The position numbers and the translations under genes were made by a program. A stretch of DNA of 64,000 nt from Utricularia gibba (Eukaryota > Plantae > Magnoliophyta): assembly GCA_002189035.1 (NCBI GenBank), contig NEEC01000019.1, positions 1,240,001 through 1,304,000 on the forward strand. The letters are read 5' to 3'. The notes under the pieces were generated by a model that saw only the letters and a list, made by a program, of their open reading frames with translations, was not told the origin of the DNA and made no database searches. This document shows positions 1 to 12,777 of this stretch, one piece after another; position 1 is the first letter of the stretch, and each line of letters opens with the position of its first letter.

Positions 1-223
1 ATTATTTTTAAAATTTTTATTTATATTTAAATAGTTATTGTATTTCTTTGATATTTATTTATGGAGATTATATAGAAAAAGTAAAAAAAAAATGAATACT
101 TTTGGAATAACTTTATGAAAGAGGTATCTGTTGCAGTGGGTCCCTGGTGCGGACCACGCGCCCTGCCGAATTTGACGCGCCGTGAAAGTAAAATATGGGC
201 CGTCAGATGTGTCTCCTAGTTCC

Positions 224-235
224 CGCCACGTGGCG
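224..235. promoter_or_regulatory. Palindromic G-box/ABRE (CGCCACGTGGCG) upstream of PP2CA-like gene
   Basis: Perfect palindrome about 355 bp upstream of the ATG at 590, with further ACGT/CACG-type motifs nearby. Clade A PP2Cs are known to be ABA-induced through ABREs. Confidence 0.7.
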
Positions 236-589
236 AAATCTAAAGAAAAAATCGGAGAGAGAACCAATGCGTGTCGTGAAGCAATACTTGTGGCCCGCCA
301 CATCGTGTTACCGTCTCATTGGTCCACGTATTCTACAGGTGTCCTCAATCGACGGCCACGATTTCGCCTCTCGTGTTCCGGCGTCATTACCAGGACTCCC
401 GGATGCATTTCCTTTTCCATTATAGCAGCGTAGCTCCTCTCCGATATAATGGCGGCCTTCTCTGTTTTCTCTTCCTCTCATACTTTTACGAATCTCTTCT
501 GGAATTCCGAGGTTTCTCATCCGCTTGTTGTTCCTTGGATTTGGATCTGAGGGTTTGTTTTAGCGTTTTGTTGGTGTTGGAATACGATC

Positions 590-2010
590 ATGGCAGGGGT
601 TTGCTGCGGGGTGAGTATGGGAGAACCGGAGGAGGGATCGGCGGTGGAGGTCATACCCAGTTCTAAAACCTCTCTGAGGAAACGCGTAGAGATGCATCAT
701 TTTAAATTTCTGCCAATGGATTCCGCAGTGGCGCCGGTGTTGGAAGGCGGTGGGAAAAGGATGAAGCGTGACACTAACGCTGCGGGCGTTTCCGTTGTTT
801 CTCCTAGAGAGTGTTTGGTCGATTCACCGGACTCCGCGACGGAGAAACCGTCGTTATTGGTTTCTGGGTCAGGGAGTGAAGGTGATTTGTGGCCGGCGAT
901 TCCGAAGTTTGGAATGATGTCTGTTTGTGGGCGGCGGCGAGATATGGAAGACATGGTTTCTATTCATCCTTCTTTGTTTGGGCAGCGTCAGGGTTGCCCG
1001 TCTGGGTTGCATTTCTTCGGCGTGTACGATGGCCATGGCTGCTCTCACGTTGGTTTTTCATTTTCATTCCTGTTTAAGCTCTAGTTTAATCACCGGGCCT
1101 GGATTTCCTTCCTTGTTTCGGTTTCAGGTTGCGGTGAGATGCCGGGACCGGATGCACGAAATAGTGAAGGCGGAGCACGACAGCAGCCGGACGACGTCAT
1201 GGGAGGAAACGATGGTGAATATTTTCTCAAAGATGGACAAGGAAGTCGATGAGTGGTGCAGTAGCAGCTCAGCCACTTCCAGCTGCCGCTGCGAACTCAA
1301 GACTCCTCAGCGCGACGCCGTCGGATCCACGGCGGTGGTCGCCGTCGTCACTCCCGAAAAAATCATCGTCTCCAACTGCGGCGATTCTCGCGCAGTCCTA
1401 TGTCGTAATGGCGTCGCGATTCCGCTTTCCCTTGATCACAAGGTGGGTTGAACTTTCAGTTTCTACCGTTCACCAGAATCAGATCCCAACATTCCCTCAT
1501 CATCTTCTCATTCCCTGTTTTCTCTCAGCCTGACCGCCCCGACGAACTTAATCGGATAGAAGATGCCGGCGGCCACGTAATTTTCTGGGACGGCCCTCGT
1601 GTCCTGGGCCTCCTCGCCATGTCTCGAGCCATCGGTAACGATAACAACACAGTCCCTTTCCTCATATTCATTTCCCCCATGAAATCACGAAATCATTCCT
1701 AAACCAAACATCTCCAGGCGACAATTACTTGAAGCCGTACGTGATTTCAGAGCCAGAGGTGACGATCCACGATCGTACGGCGGAGGACGAATGCTTGATA
1801 CTCGCGAGCGACGGTCTCTGGGACGTGGTATCCAACGAGACGGCGTGCAGGGTGGCGCGAATGTGCCTCCAGTCCCGGAGTTTGAGCTCCGACAAAAGCT
1901 GCTCCGACGCATCGATTCTTCTGACGAAGCTCGCTCTGGCGCGCCTCACCGCCGATAATGTCAGCGTCGTAGTGGTTGATTTGAGATCGTCGTCGACGCG
2001 GCGAGATTAA
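590..2010 (+). CDS. PP2CA: Clade A protein phosphatase 2C (PP2CA/AHG3-like ABA co-receptor)
   Basis: Exons 590-1048, 1128-1442, 1529-1634, 1718-2010, all GT-AG. N-terminus MAGVCCG; motifs [66 protein letters not shown]. Confidence 0.95.
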
Positions 2011-2520
2011 CCACCGCCCACCGTCATTATACTAAAGAACTGCGTGATTAAAGTGTCGTCGTTTAATCTCGCAAAAAGTAGTGGCACAGACTCGAGGGAT
2101 GTGGGGCCCAGAAGAGGTGCCACGCAGGCGCTTCCGCGCCACGTGTAAATAGTATTCCACACGCTCTGTTTCTAGAATATACCACGTTTCCCATGAAATC
2201 TTACGTTTGTCATGGTGTTTACTATTTGAATAAAAAAAAGTAAAAACAACATCCCGAAATTTAAATTGGTAATTTCGAGCCAATCATCATTTCTGTGTTC
2301 ACCTCGTTTTCTTTAAAAGTATTTTGGATGCTTGGTTTTGTTGGAGATTTGGTTGAAATGTTGAAGTTTGTGGATATTGACTATTGTTTTTGGATCGAAA
2401 AGAACTTACATTTTTTCATAGAGCAGACAGGGATTTATATAGATGAGGAGAGTTGCCCATTGGATCATGTCAAGGTTAAAATATGATTGTTGCATTTAGT
2501 CCGTAAATTAGTCCTCTTGT

Positions 2521-3605
2521 TCATCTACTATCTACTGTGTAGCAGCCAGAATTTACTAGGACTTCTTTCATGGGCTGGGCTTCAGATGCTTCTTCTTGGG
2601 CCAGTAGTCTGGAATGTTGAGGCCCAAGTATGATAAGGCTTTTTTCCCAATCTAATTGAGGGTTGCTTCTCACGGGAGGAACAGAGGTCGCGCGCCATTC
2701 TTCTTCGCGGGTTGAGACTTCCCGGATCTTCGTTGCTCCACCACTCGCTGACATTCTTGTGACTCAATGATGGAGATCTTCACTGTTCCTGTATCAACTG
2801 GAATGCGGGTCTTCTTCAGCACCCTTCCCAGCAGTACTCGGAGCTCTCTGCATACGGCCAGGAGGGAGAATCCTGAGGAAAGATTTAAACAATCAGTGCA
2901 CAAGTGTTATGCTTGGAGTTGAACTAGACATTGCAAGCAAAAACACCCTTCCGTTTATTTCCCAGAGCTTATGATCAGCAAAGCAGGTCACTCATTCAGC
3001 ATACAAACAATCTGGTCTCCCAAGGGGGTTTCAATTTTAACTAGAACAATAAAGAATCTCACTTTCTCATCATGTGAAAATCTGCAGTTGATCACACTGG
3101 TCCTCTTGGAAATGCATGGCAGACAGACATGGTTTCTTTGTCCTTTTCTTCAAATTTCTTGTAATTGGTGGCATGGTCTACCCGAATTATACAGCCCAGA
3201 TTGAGCCCCATTTAGATTACCTGCGCAAATACATCTAAGGAACATTGAGAACGATCATCCTTGTTGGTTGCAAGACAGACACAATGACAGTGCTCAAGAA
3301 GTGAAGCATCTGTGACAAAATCAACTTGCAGAGTTACCAAACTACATAAAGGTTCGTACTTCATTGAAGCACGGTACCCTTGTCCTTAATCAAGTCGAAG
3401 CCAACAATTTCCCGTATCCGAAAGCAGCAAATAAGAGCAAGAAAACATACTGAGCAATAATGGGGAGGGTTAAAGGTATCCATCACCTACATCCACATAC
3501 GCAGAATCCGCATACTTGCAGTGCGATGCAGCCTCTTCTGAAACATGTAAATTCGCTACTTTCCCGTTTATTCTGAATGCCTTTCACCAGATTCAACGGA
3601 TTCAT
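2521..3605 (-). pseudogene. Degenerate RBMX2/Snu17-type RRM + CCCH zinc-finger gene (AtC3H42-like)
   Basis: Collinear fragments in shifting frames: MNPLNLVKGIQN, EEAASHCKYADSAYVDVG, EIVGFDLIKDKGT, Q*STNL, NLNGAQ..IIRVDH, VCHAF..CRFSHDEK, RAPSTAGKGAEED. Multi-codon deletions, in-frame stops and an apparently lost acceptor. The 3' boundary is approximate. Confidence 0.8.
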
Positions 3606-3913
3606 GAATCCCAATTCGTTCCTCCAATTCGTGTGATTAGGGTTACATGGTCTGAATGCCCTATGATTATGGTAAATTACGTAGTGCACCCTTATCTTTG
3701 TTATATTTGCAAAACAGGAACGGAATTATTTTTTGATTTCGTTACTGTCAACGAATAAAATATTTCGGAAACTGGTGAAAGCGATGCTAGTTTTTCTGTG
3801 CTGCCTTCGCGTGTAAGGGATTCCTTGGAGAGCTTCACATTTGTCGTCGACGAGGAATATGATGGTTGTCTGGTGATTAGTGTGATTTTTTTCTTCCTGA
3901 TCGGCCGTGGAAG

Positions 3914-6064
3914 ATGGAGGAATCGTACGGAAGTCTCTCCGGCAGTCACTTTGTTGGCTCTGTTCCGGTAAAGCAACGCGGATTTCGCGATGATCTGTGT
4001 GTAGTGTTTTCATTGTGTGGCTAATTGCGTAATTTGAGCTTGATGGAGTTCTCCTCTTTTTCAATTTCTGTTTGATTTTGATATTGAATGTTGTGCTGTT
4101 TTGCCCGAGATTGTGTGTAATACAGCTAGTTTTATTCCGAGAACGGTTGTGATGAAATGGAGATAATTTTTTTCCAAATTGAAGTCTGCGTTTGGCGGTA
4201 TTTGCAATTCTTTTGGTTCTTGATCATGGTGTTATTAAATCGTTGCTATGGATCGATTTATGTGGCCAACTACTTGTGACCAGATTATTTACTTATCGAA
4301 CGACTATTTGCTGTTCAATGATTCCGTTGAAATCTTGGGTATCCTTTTGAACTTCCCTTCCGGCTCTAGTCATGCGGTTTGTTTTCATTCTTACCTGTCT
4401 ATTTTTTGCTCCAGGCTGCTATTAGTGGGGAAAAGAGAACTGATACACCTGAAGGTAAATGTTTTTTGGTCATATATGAAAAATTTTATATTGGTTTTCT
4501 TTTATCATGAGTTACTTAATGTGGATTGCACGATCATGCAGTCACAGATGCAAATTTGCAAACGTTCCCTCCGACTATTGCCAGAAGCGGGGACAAGGAT
4601 ATCAAACCATAGGCGAAAGCAGCGGTAATGTGGCACATTATGTATTATATAAAGATGCTCTGTGATTGCATATGATCCCTGACAATATGTCCTAACTGTA
4701 CCTTATGTTCTGTGCTAAGGGAATTTCATTAGGAAACCAGGAAATGCTTCATTTCATATATCCAGGGTTGTTGGAATCTTCTGTTGTGTCTTTGGACTAA
4801 ATTGTATTGCATTTCTTTCGAGTAAATGTACTATATTGATGTTGCATATCTACAGGAAAATGATTGATCACTATCTCTTTAGCATTTACTGAGTGTTGTT
4901 TGGCCTGAGGATTCTGTATGTTCATCAAGGTGATTTTTGCTTGCTCTGTTGCACTGAATCTTCTCGGAAATTTTGGTCATTTTGACAGATGCAGATCAAC
5001 AGCAATCAGCAAGCAACTGGAAAGGAGTGCTGAACGTTTCTTCATATACACAATATTTTAATGTAGACACAGATATCGTGTTGAACAGATTGCTTAGCTC
5101 CTTAAATCCTGTGAGTGGAGATTTTTCTCGAAAGATTGATGCAAACCCAGACCTGTAAGTTTTTGATTAGTCAACTTCCTTGAGGTTATATTTTAGTATA
5201 AATTTAACAACCTTCTTTCACACAAGTGATTTGTATGTCTAAGATGGTGAGTCAAAGAACTGATCTTCAATTTTAGAGGAAGAAACTGTTAGAATCCAAC
5301 GATCTTTCACATAAGTTATTGGTAGGATATAACGACACATGTAAGATGCTAAGGTATGCAGAACTGATTTCACTTTTAGAGGAAGAAACTATTAGAATCC
5401 AACGATGTTTATACGTTCTGTTGCTGGTGGTGCCACTTCTGCTCTTCATTACCGTTTTTTATTTGATTATTTTTCAGCTATGGACTTGTCTGGATCTCCA
5501 CAACATTGGTGTTTGCGGTTGCCGCCCTAGGAAACTGTGCTACCTACTTAATGAACAAAAGAAGTGACAGCACTACCGTTTGGGCTTTTGATGTAAACTA
5601 TGTAAATGTGGCAGCTACTGCAATCTATGGTTATGCGCTGGTAGTTCCTCTGGGATACTATTTTCTGCTCCAGTACCTGGGCTCTGGCGTCAGCCTCATT
5701 CGTATATGGTGCATGTGGGGATACTCCCTTTTCATCTTGATCCTGGTTTCTGTGAGTACCGGCTCTCATTTATACTATTTCCATTCCAAAGTTTTCACTG
5801 AAACCTTGTTAGATTCAGATTCCTATTATATTGCCAGTCACAGTAATTCTTGTTTCTTGGCTGTCCGTGCAGTTCCTTTTGATTATTCCATTTGAGTTTC
5901 TACGATGGACCCTGATTTTAATAGCTGGAGCTACATCTGCCAGCTTCGTTGGCTTGAACCTAAGATCATACATCCAAAGCAATGACCTTGTAATCGTGGC
6001 TGCCTCAGCATTTGTCCTGCAAATGGCTTTGTCCATCTTCATCAAGATGTGGTTCTTCCCCTAA
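3914..6064 (+). CDS. Yip1-domain integral membrane protein (At2g39805-like)
   Basis: Exon 1 3914-3967 (MEESYGSLSGSHFVGSVP), then 4415-4454, 4548-~4624, 4989-~5154 (YTQYFNVDTDIVLNRL..KIDANPDL), ~5478-5752 and a last exon ending FIKMWFFP* at 6064. One apparent -1 deletion at GGGG 4589-4592. Confidence 0.9.
5241..5410 (+). repeat. Imperfect direct duplication (about 65 bp, period about 104) in a Yip1 intron
   Basis: agaactgatcttcaattttagaggaagaaactgttagaatccaacgat (from 5256) versus agaactgatttcacttttagaggaagaaactattagaatccaacgat (from 5360). Confidence 0.8.
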
Positions 6065-6225
6065 ATTCCTTGCTGCCTTTTCTCAGAATAGAGACATGGA
6101 ATGCTGATGATTTTGGATGTAGAATGTGATAGTCTCCCTACTCTCTATATCTGAACTAGAAGCTGCAAAAAAATTCAATTTACGACGAGGAGGAGAACAG
6201 AGAAAAATTGGCTGCAACCAACTTA

Positions 6226-7548
6226 TCACATGACTATCTCCGGGCTGAGTATGTCCCTTCTGATCTCCTTATTTGGCAGGATCACCCCTCCGTTGGTATA
6301 CACTTCATCAGCTACATGAACATCTTTCCCGAGCACGGTCATGTTGTCCACTCGCGCCCACCGGCCGACCGTCGAATGCCACCCGACGATACTTTTAGAA
6401 ACACAGGCATGTTTCTTGATCCAAGCCCCCCTCATCACAGTGCAGCTCGAGAGGCGAACACCGCCCTCGATCACACAGTCCTGTCCGATCACAACGTCCG
6501 GGCCGATCAAGCATCCTTCACCAATCTTGGCAGTCTCATCAATGAGCACATTGCCTAGTATGTGAGTGCCTGAGCTCAACTCAGGTGATGCTTTTTGCCG
6601 CAGGAAGTCCAAGTACAGCCTTAAACCAGCAATGTAGTCTCTTGGTTGTCCGATATCCATCCAGAAACCAGGTAACACCATTGCATACAGTTTCTTCTCC
6701 TGTGCAAGTTCAGGGAATACTTCCTTCTCAATGGATGTCGGGCGTAGCTCGATGCGATCGATAACGGATGGATCCAGCAGATACATGCCGGTGTTGATCT
6801 TGTTGCTGACGAACACCGTCGGCTTCTCCACGAATCTGTCGACGACGCCGGTCGCCTCATCCATTACAACAACCCCATACTTTGAAGGTTCATCCACCTG
6901 AACTCACCATACCAAATTGAAGAAGAAGTGAATACTACTGCAAAAATCAAGTAGGGTAAGCACCTAGACTAGAAGCTTTCCACGCATCCGTACCTTGGTC
7001 ACCATGATGGAAGCCTCACCACTGTGTGACTTATGGAACTCAATCAGCTGCTTCAGAGGGTATTCACTGATAACATCACTGTTAAGCACGAAGAATGGTT
7101 CATTAGAGTTGTTGATCAGTCTTTCTCTTGCTAGAGCAATTGGCCCTGCAGTTCCAAGAGGCTCTGATTCTTGAAAGCAAGTGATCTTTATTCCAAGCTT
7201 CTCCTTAAGTTCTTCCAGGAAGTTCAGCATTTCCTGAGGAGCATAGCAATGTGAACCAGAGCAGCTCAGAGGAAGCACATTCCAATAGGCGAATGAATGA
7301 TTCACCTGAGGTTGATAGCTGATCACAAGGACTACTTCTGTCACTCCAGCATCTTTCAGAGCTTCAATCTGATCACATCGAACCAGATGGATAAACTTGG
7401 CTAGCCAATGAATGAATGTAGTTTTAACAAAAGGTACCTGGTGCAGCAGCATGGGCTTGTTGCCCAAATCAATCAGTGGCTTTGGCACACTCAGTGTCAA
7501 AGGCCTCAGCCTGGTTCCAAAACCTCCGACAAGAATCAAAGCCTTCAT
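6226..7548 (-). CDS. GMP: Mannose-1-phosphate guanylyltransferase / GDP-mannose pyrophosphorylase (CYT1/VTC1 family paralog)
   Basis: Exons 7548-7438, 7368-7306, 7233-6994, 6897-6226 (introns 69, 72, 96 nt). [45 protein letters not shown]-terminal PEIVM*. Frame intact. Confidence 0.95.
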
Positions 7549-9423
7549 TCTGGATCATATTAAACAGCATAAATAATGCAGCCATCGGAGAACCAACATT
7601 GCTTCATTGAATCATCACAAGAAACAACGAAAACTAGCTTTATAATGCCCTATCCCACAGGGGGTATTGACGACAGTGTACAGCCGCAAGAGCATTCAAA
7701 CAAACAGAAAATAGGCACTGAAAATCCTGCACCCAGAACACGTACAAACAAACCCATGCCATAATCATCGATTTTGCATGAAATTTTTGGACCTGATGCA
7801 ACAGAGTGGGATGGCGAGTCGACCCGAAAGGCCGGACTTGAGAAATTTCCCCTCAGTTCACGGCAATAAGCAGAGAAGAACCATCGGCAGCGGTAGCGTT
7901 TTATAGCATAGTATGTGCCAGTGGCGTTTTCGTGGAAAAGGGAGAGAGTATAGAGATTCGGAATCTGATTCTTTCCCAATGGAGGGTTCTTTACAATTTT
8001 AAATTATTATTTTGAAAATAAATATTTTAAAAATAAATTAGTATTTTTTTTATTTGTTAAAAATAGTCATCTGGCCACCGGAGAGGAAAGAGCGGAGGCC
8101 GTGGCTATGAACGGCTATGTTGTACGGGAAGTACCGTTATGGCATCCACCTGCAACTAAACTATTCTGAAGCGCTTGCCGACGATGGCGCATTTTAAAAA
8201 ACTCCATGTTCTTGCCTAAACTAAGAGTACACTTGCTGTCCCCAGTGCTGCTGTGACATGTATCTTGAGCAAGGTTTGTGCATATCCTTCAACAATGGCG
8301 AGGCTGGTGGGGATTTCATGGTGGTGGATATGACATCATGGAATGATATTGTTGAAGTCGCGACCGTGTTGTCGGTGAGGGAGGAATACGTAGAGGCGGG
8401 TAGAGCAAAAGGGGTCGTTTCTTTCCAAAGAGTTACGGCTGGCAGATCTGTTTATTTGAAAGGGAAACTATGATGGAGTTTGCTCTCCGGATTGTTGTCC
8501 TTCAGTGTCACAGAGTAAGTCCTTGAGGAATCCCAATCCCATTCTTGCCGCCCATCTTCCTTATAACCGCTGTTGGACCGCGGAGAAGGAGCATTCCAGC
8601 CACCGTACGTGGCTGATGATCGATGAATGAGAGTGGCTCCTGGGAGGAGAATATATAGAAATTCCATATAAATTGCCGCGCGGTGCTGTGATTTCGTTGA
8701 AACGCGAAAGAAGCGGCGTTTTTTATCCAAAACTCGGGAGTTTGTATCGCTTTCCGGGTAACTGATTGCTTTTTCACATACCCCTCAAGCGGTGCGACAA
8801 GTTATTACAGTCTGCAACTCATGAATCTGGTGCTTGAACTAGTGGGTTTGAATTCATATATATCTTATGCCTAGCGGAATGCGTGTTTGATGAGTTGAGG
8901 GCATTGGCAACGACTCTTCACTGCAACAGAGGCAGGTTCTGGGTAAAGAATTGATCTTTATTTTACCCAAATTAGTTTCTAATTACAATTGTAGGGGATG
9001 GACATTGAAACAATCTTTGACGAGTTTGTAAGAGGCTTGCCACTTGTGCGGTTACTCTTTCGTGACTGCAAAGCATCTCGCTGGTATTTTACATGGGGAA
9101 TGAAAATTTTACCTTGAAGGAAATACGCTATTTCGTATGGAAAACTGTGATATGCCTGGTAACAGATTTGATTGGCATTTATGTGCTTCATAGGGTTGAC
9201 TTCCATTTGCTTTGGAATCCATATTTGTCGGAGGCAGGGTTGGGCAATCTTGTCCCCACCACGGCACCACCCATCGAACCTAGGGGTCTTTAGTTCCTCA
9301 TCTTTTCATCTGCGTTGGCTCTCTGTACACAAAAACTGAAATCTCGTTGTTGCTCGTCGGAGAGTGCTGTGCTATATGAGCGTGTAAGCGTCTTCTGGGT
9401 TTATCCAAGTTTCACTGATAAAG

Positions 9424-12418
9424 ATGGAGAAATTGCCACACGGTGAGGATTTCATTCAAGTTCTGGTTTTTCATTGGTTTTCGTTTAAAAAAAATTCACT
9501 TTGTGGGTAGTGTTTCGCTGAGGAAAATAAATGATTATCGAAGGCTGCTGCACTTACAGAATGAACCTATCTCCTTGTGCTGACACATGTTTTATTGTGA
9601 TTTCCTATGAATGGGGATGATGATGGTAAAGATGAATTGGTTGATTCTGGCATTTCCCCATATGTGGAAGCAATGGAAGCTTTGTCTTCGTTGATAACAG
9701 AACGCAGTCGGGCTCATAAGAGCAAAAAAGTTGTCGACTTCAACATCATGTTTGATTATGTTAAGGTATCTCTGCCTCTGGTTCGCATTAGTTATTTCAT
9801 TTGTACTGATGTTCTCAAGAGGATCATTTGTCTTCTTATCTGGCACAGCTTTTGGAACTAGATGAAGCAATAAAAGAAATGAAGATTATTCATGTGGCAG
9901 GAACAAAAGGAAAGGTGAATTAAATCTCATCTTTGGATCTCATGATGAACTTTGTCACTGTGCGGTACTTTTCCAGGAAGGGAAAAAATTTAACCCGGCT
10001 ATTGTTTGTATGCTAAAAAAATGAAGGGATCGACATGTACATTCTCAGAATCTATACTTCGTCATTGTGGCTTCCGCACTGGGCTTTTCACATCTCCCCA
10101 TCTGATCGATGTTCGGGAAAGATTTAAGTTGGATGGGTAAGAGCACGACAGAAGACTAACTTGTGGAATTTTTAGGCATTTCCTTGGTCAATTTGGCTTT
10201 CTTTCTCACTCTCTGTGCTACTATTAACTTTATCGAACATCTCAGTTCAGATATCAGCGAGGAGAAGTTCTTGGAGTACTTTTGGTGGTGTTTCAATATC
10301 TTGAAGGCATGTATATATTTTCATGAATGCTGCCCTCTTATCAATAACTCTCTCTTAAATTCTAAAGTTACTCTGAGGTCATGATCCTCAAACATTGTGG
10401 ATTATGACTGCTATGATTTTGCTTGATTGTAATGTTTTTAATCCAATCTCGTTGCAGGAAAATGCCTCTGAAGACTTGCCAATGCCCACATACTTTCGCT
10501 TCCTAACATTACTTGCTTTCAAAATATTTGCTTCTGAGAAGGTAACCTTGGCAAGAACATTGATATATATTATGCACTGTGCATTTCTCATATATCGTAT
10601 CCAGGTGGACGTTGTCATTTTGGAAGTTGGATTAGGTGGGAATTTCGATCCGACAAATATAGTATGTAAAAAATGTTTCATGCATTTGTGAAACTTCATT
10701 TCATTTCGTTATCCACAAATATGCTTCTTATCTCAACTCACATTGTAGTAAATGTTTATCTGTAGGTAGAGAACCCCGTTGTCTGTGGGGTAGCTTCACT
10801 GGGGTATGATCACATGGAGATCCTTGGTGAGTGCCCTGTATATTTCATTCTGTTTCGCATGTCGAACTCCAACCTACCACTGATTTTCGTGTAGTTGTTT
10901 AAACTTAAGGGCTACATTCATGTTTTGTGTAGTCACTTAAATTCACAGTTGTGTCTGGTATTTTCACACACCTGCAGGGGACACTCTTGGAGAAATTGCG
11001 TGGGAGAAGGCTGGCATTTTCAAGGCATGGAATGAATCACCCTCCCTATCTTGTTATATTTCCCCTATATTTTTCACTCATCTGGTTCTTTCCTAAATCA
11101 GAGGGGTAGTCCTGCTTTTACCGTGCCACAACCAGAAGAAGCGATGAAAGCTCTTGAGCAGAAGGCTGCAGAGCTTCATGTGAGCTACATTTGTTTAGAA
11201 CCATGATTCTTGGAGAATGGTGCTTATATGACCTTACATGTTTTTATTATCTGAAACTACCTTTTCAGGTAAATCTCCATGTTGCTCCTCCCTTGGATCC
11301 AAGCCTTATCAGTAGCACACGCCTCGGTCTGCAAGGTGAACACCAATACCTGAATGCTGGTCTTGCTATTGCACTATGCTCAACATGGCTGCAGAGGACA
11401 GTCCATGTCGAAATCGATTGCTATAACACAACTGTATGTAACTTTGTGTAAGTTTTCCGTCATTTTTTGTTTAGCTATTCCCTTATGCATGTCTGTCTGG
11501 TGTTGAAGTAGGCTTCTCTGCCTGAGGAGTTCATTAAAGGACTTGCAAGTGCTTGTCTGGAAGGACGTGCTCAGATTGTTGCTGATCAGTTCATTGAAGG
11601 GGAGAACCTGGGAGGCCTTGTCTTCTACCTGGATGGCGCTCATAGCCCAGAAAGCATGGACGTATGCGCCAAATGGTTCTGCAACGCAACTAAAGAAGAT
11701 GATAAACTGGCATCTGCGGAATGGAAACAGAGTGGAACATCCAAAAAGGTTTCAACACAATGGGAAAAAGCACTTCTTTTTGCTTTCTGACTTGATCATC
11801 ATATGTGTGTTTGCGAATGTCAGATTCTGCTGTTCAATTGTATGCCTGTAAGAGACCCTCAGCTGCTTCTTCCCCGGCTGATGAAAGCCTGTGCTTGTCA
11901 TGGTAAACAACTACGAGTGATCTTCTTCTTCTTCTTATTCTTCTTCTCTGTATTGTAATAATACGCCTGGATTTGCTTCAGATGTAGAGTTCAACAAGGC
12001 GATCTTCGTCCCCAACACATCTGTATATCACAAGGTGGGCAACATGACTAGCAGCACAGCAGCTGATGCTCAAGAAGTGGATGTGTCATGGCAGCAGACC
12101 CTTCAAAGAGTATGGGAAGGCCTGATTCGCGGGGATGAAGGTATTTCCATGGATGACACTTCCAGACCTAAACCAGCAGCAGCTGGTGACAATGGCTCTG
12201 GGAGCACCGCAGTTTTCCCTTCACTCCCTCAAGCCATCAACTGGCTCAGGGATCACATCAGAAAAAACCAGTCTGCTCGTTTACAGGTGACAAACGTTCT
12301 ATTGCAGTAAGTGATATCTGGTCTGCTTCCTTTCTTGATTCCCCTTGGCCTGGAGCAGGTTCTGGTCACTGGTTCACTACATCTAGTGGGCGACGTGTTA
12401 AGGCTGGTCAAAAAGTAG
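9424..12418 (+). CDS. FPGS: Folylpolyglutamate synthase (FPGS1/FPGS3-like)
   Basis: Multi-exon gene with [77 protein letters not shown]. Start is uncertain (ATG 9424 mini-exon or ATG 9607). Two introns appear to use GC donors (10307, 11025). Confidence 0.93.
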
Positions 12419-12777
12419 CAACACACGCAGCATATGAAATGGTGGCAGTTTGAAGATCAATTCCCATTTTCTTTTCTGTGTACTATGTGCCTTCTGATCC
12501 ACCTGCTTCCTCAAGAAACGAAGTGACAGCACATTTGGGAACAACTAAACACACACATGCACCAGAAGTCGTATTCTAATATACTTTCATCCTTTTAGAA
12601 ATGCAGCAACAATGACAGAGAGAGCTTAAGGTGGTTTAGCTACATCTGTTCAAACGGTTCCATATGGTTAATCATCTTTTCCATCTTCAAACAGGGCTAA
12701 GCTAATAATGGAGCAGCAGCAGCAGCAATGAGTTAGATGACTGAACCGGGCCTCGTGGTATGTTATGAATTGGTGCA

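Noticed and set aside
3215-3240. Apparent out-of-order 'LDVFAQ' exon suggesting exon scrambling in the RBMX2 pseudogene
   Set aside because: It is the intron 3' end (..gtatttgcgcag) preceding the NLNGAQ exon; the fragments are collinear.
6208-6860. ORFs overlapping GMP exon 4 in other frames or on the other strand
   Set aside because: Alternative-frame or antisense by-products of a clear conserved gene.
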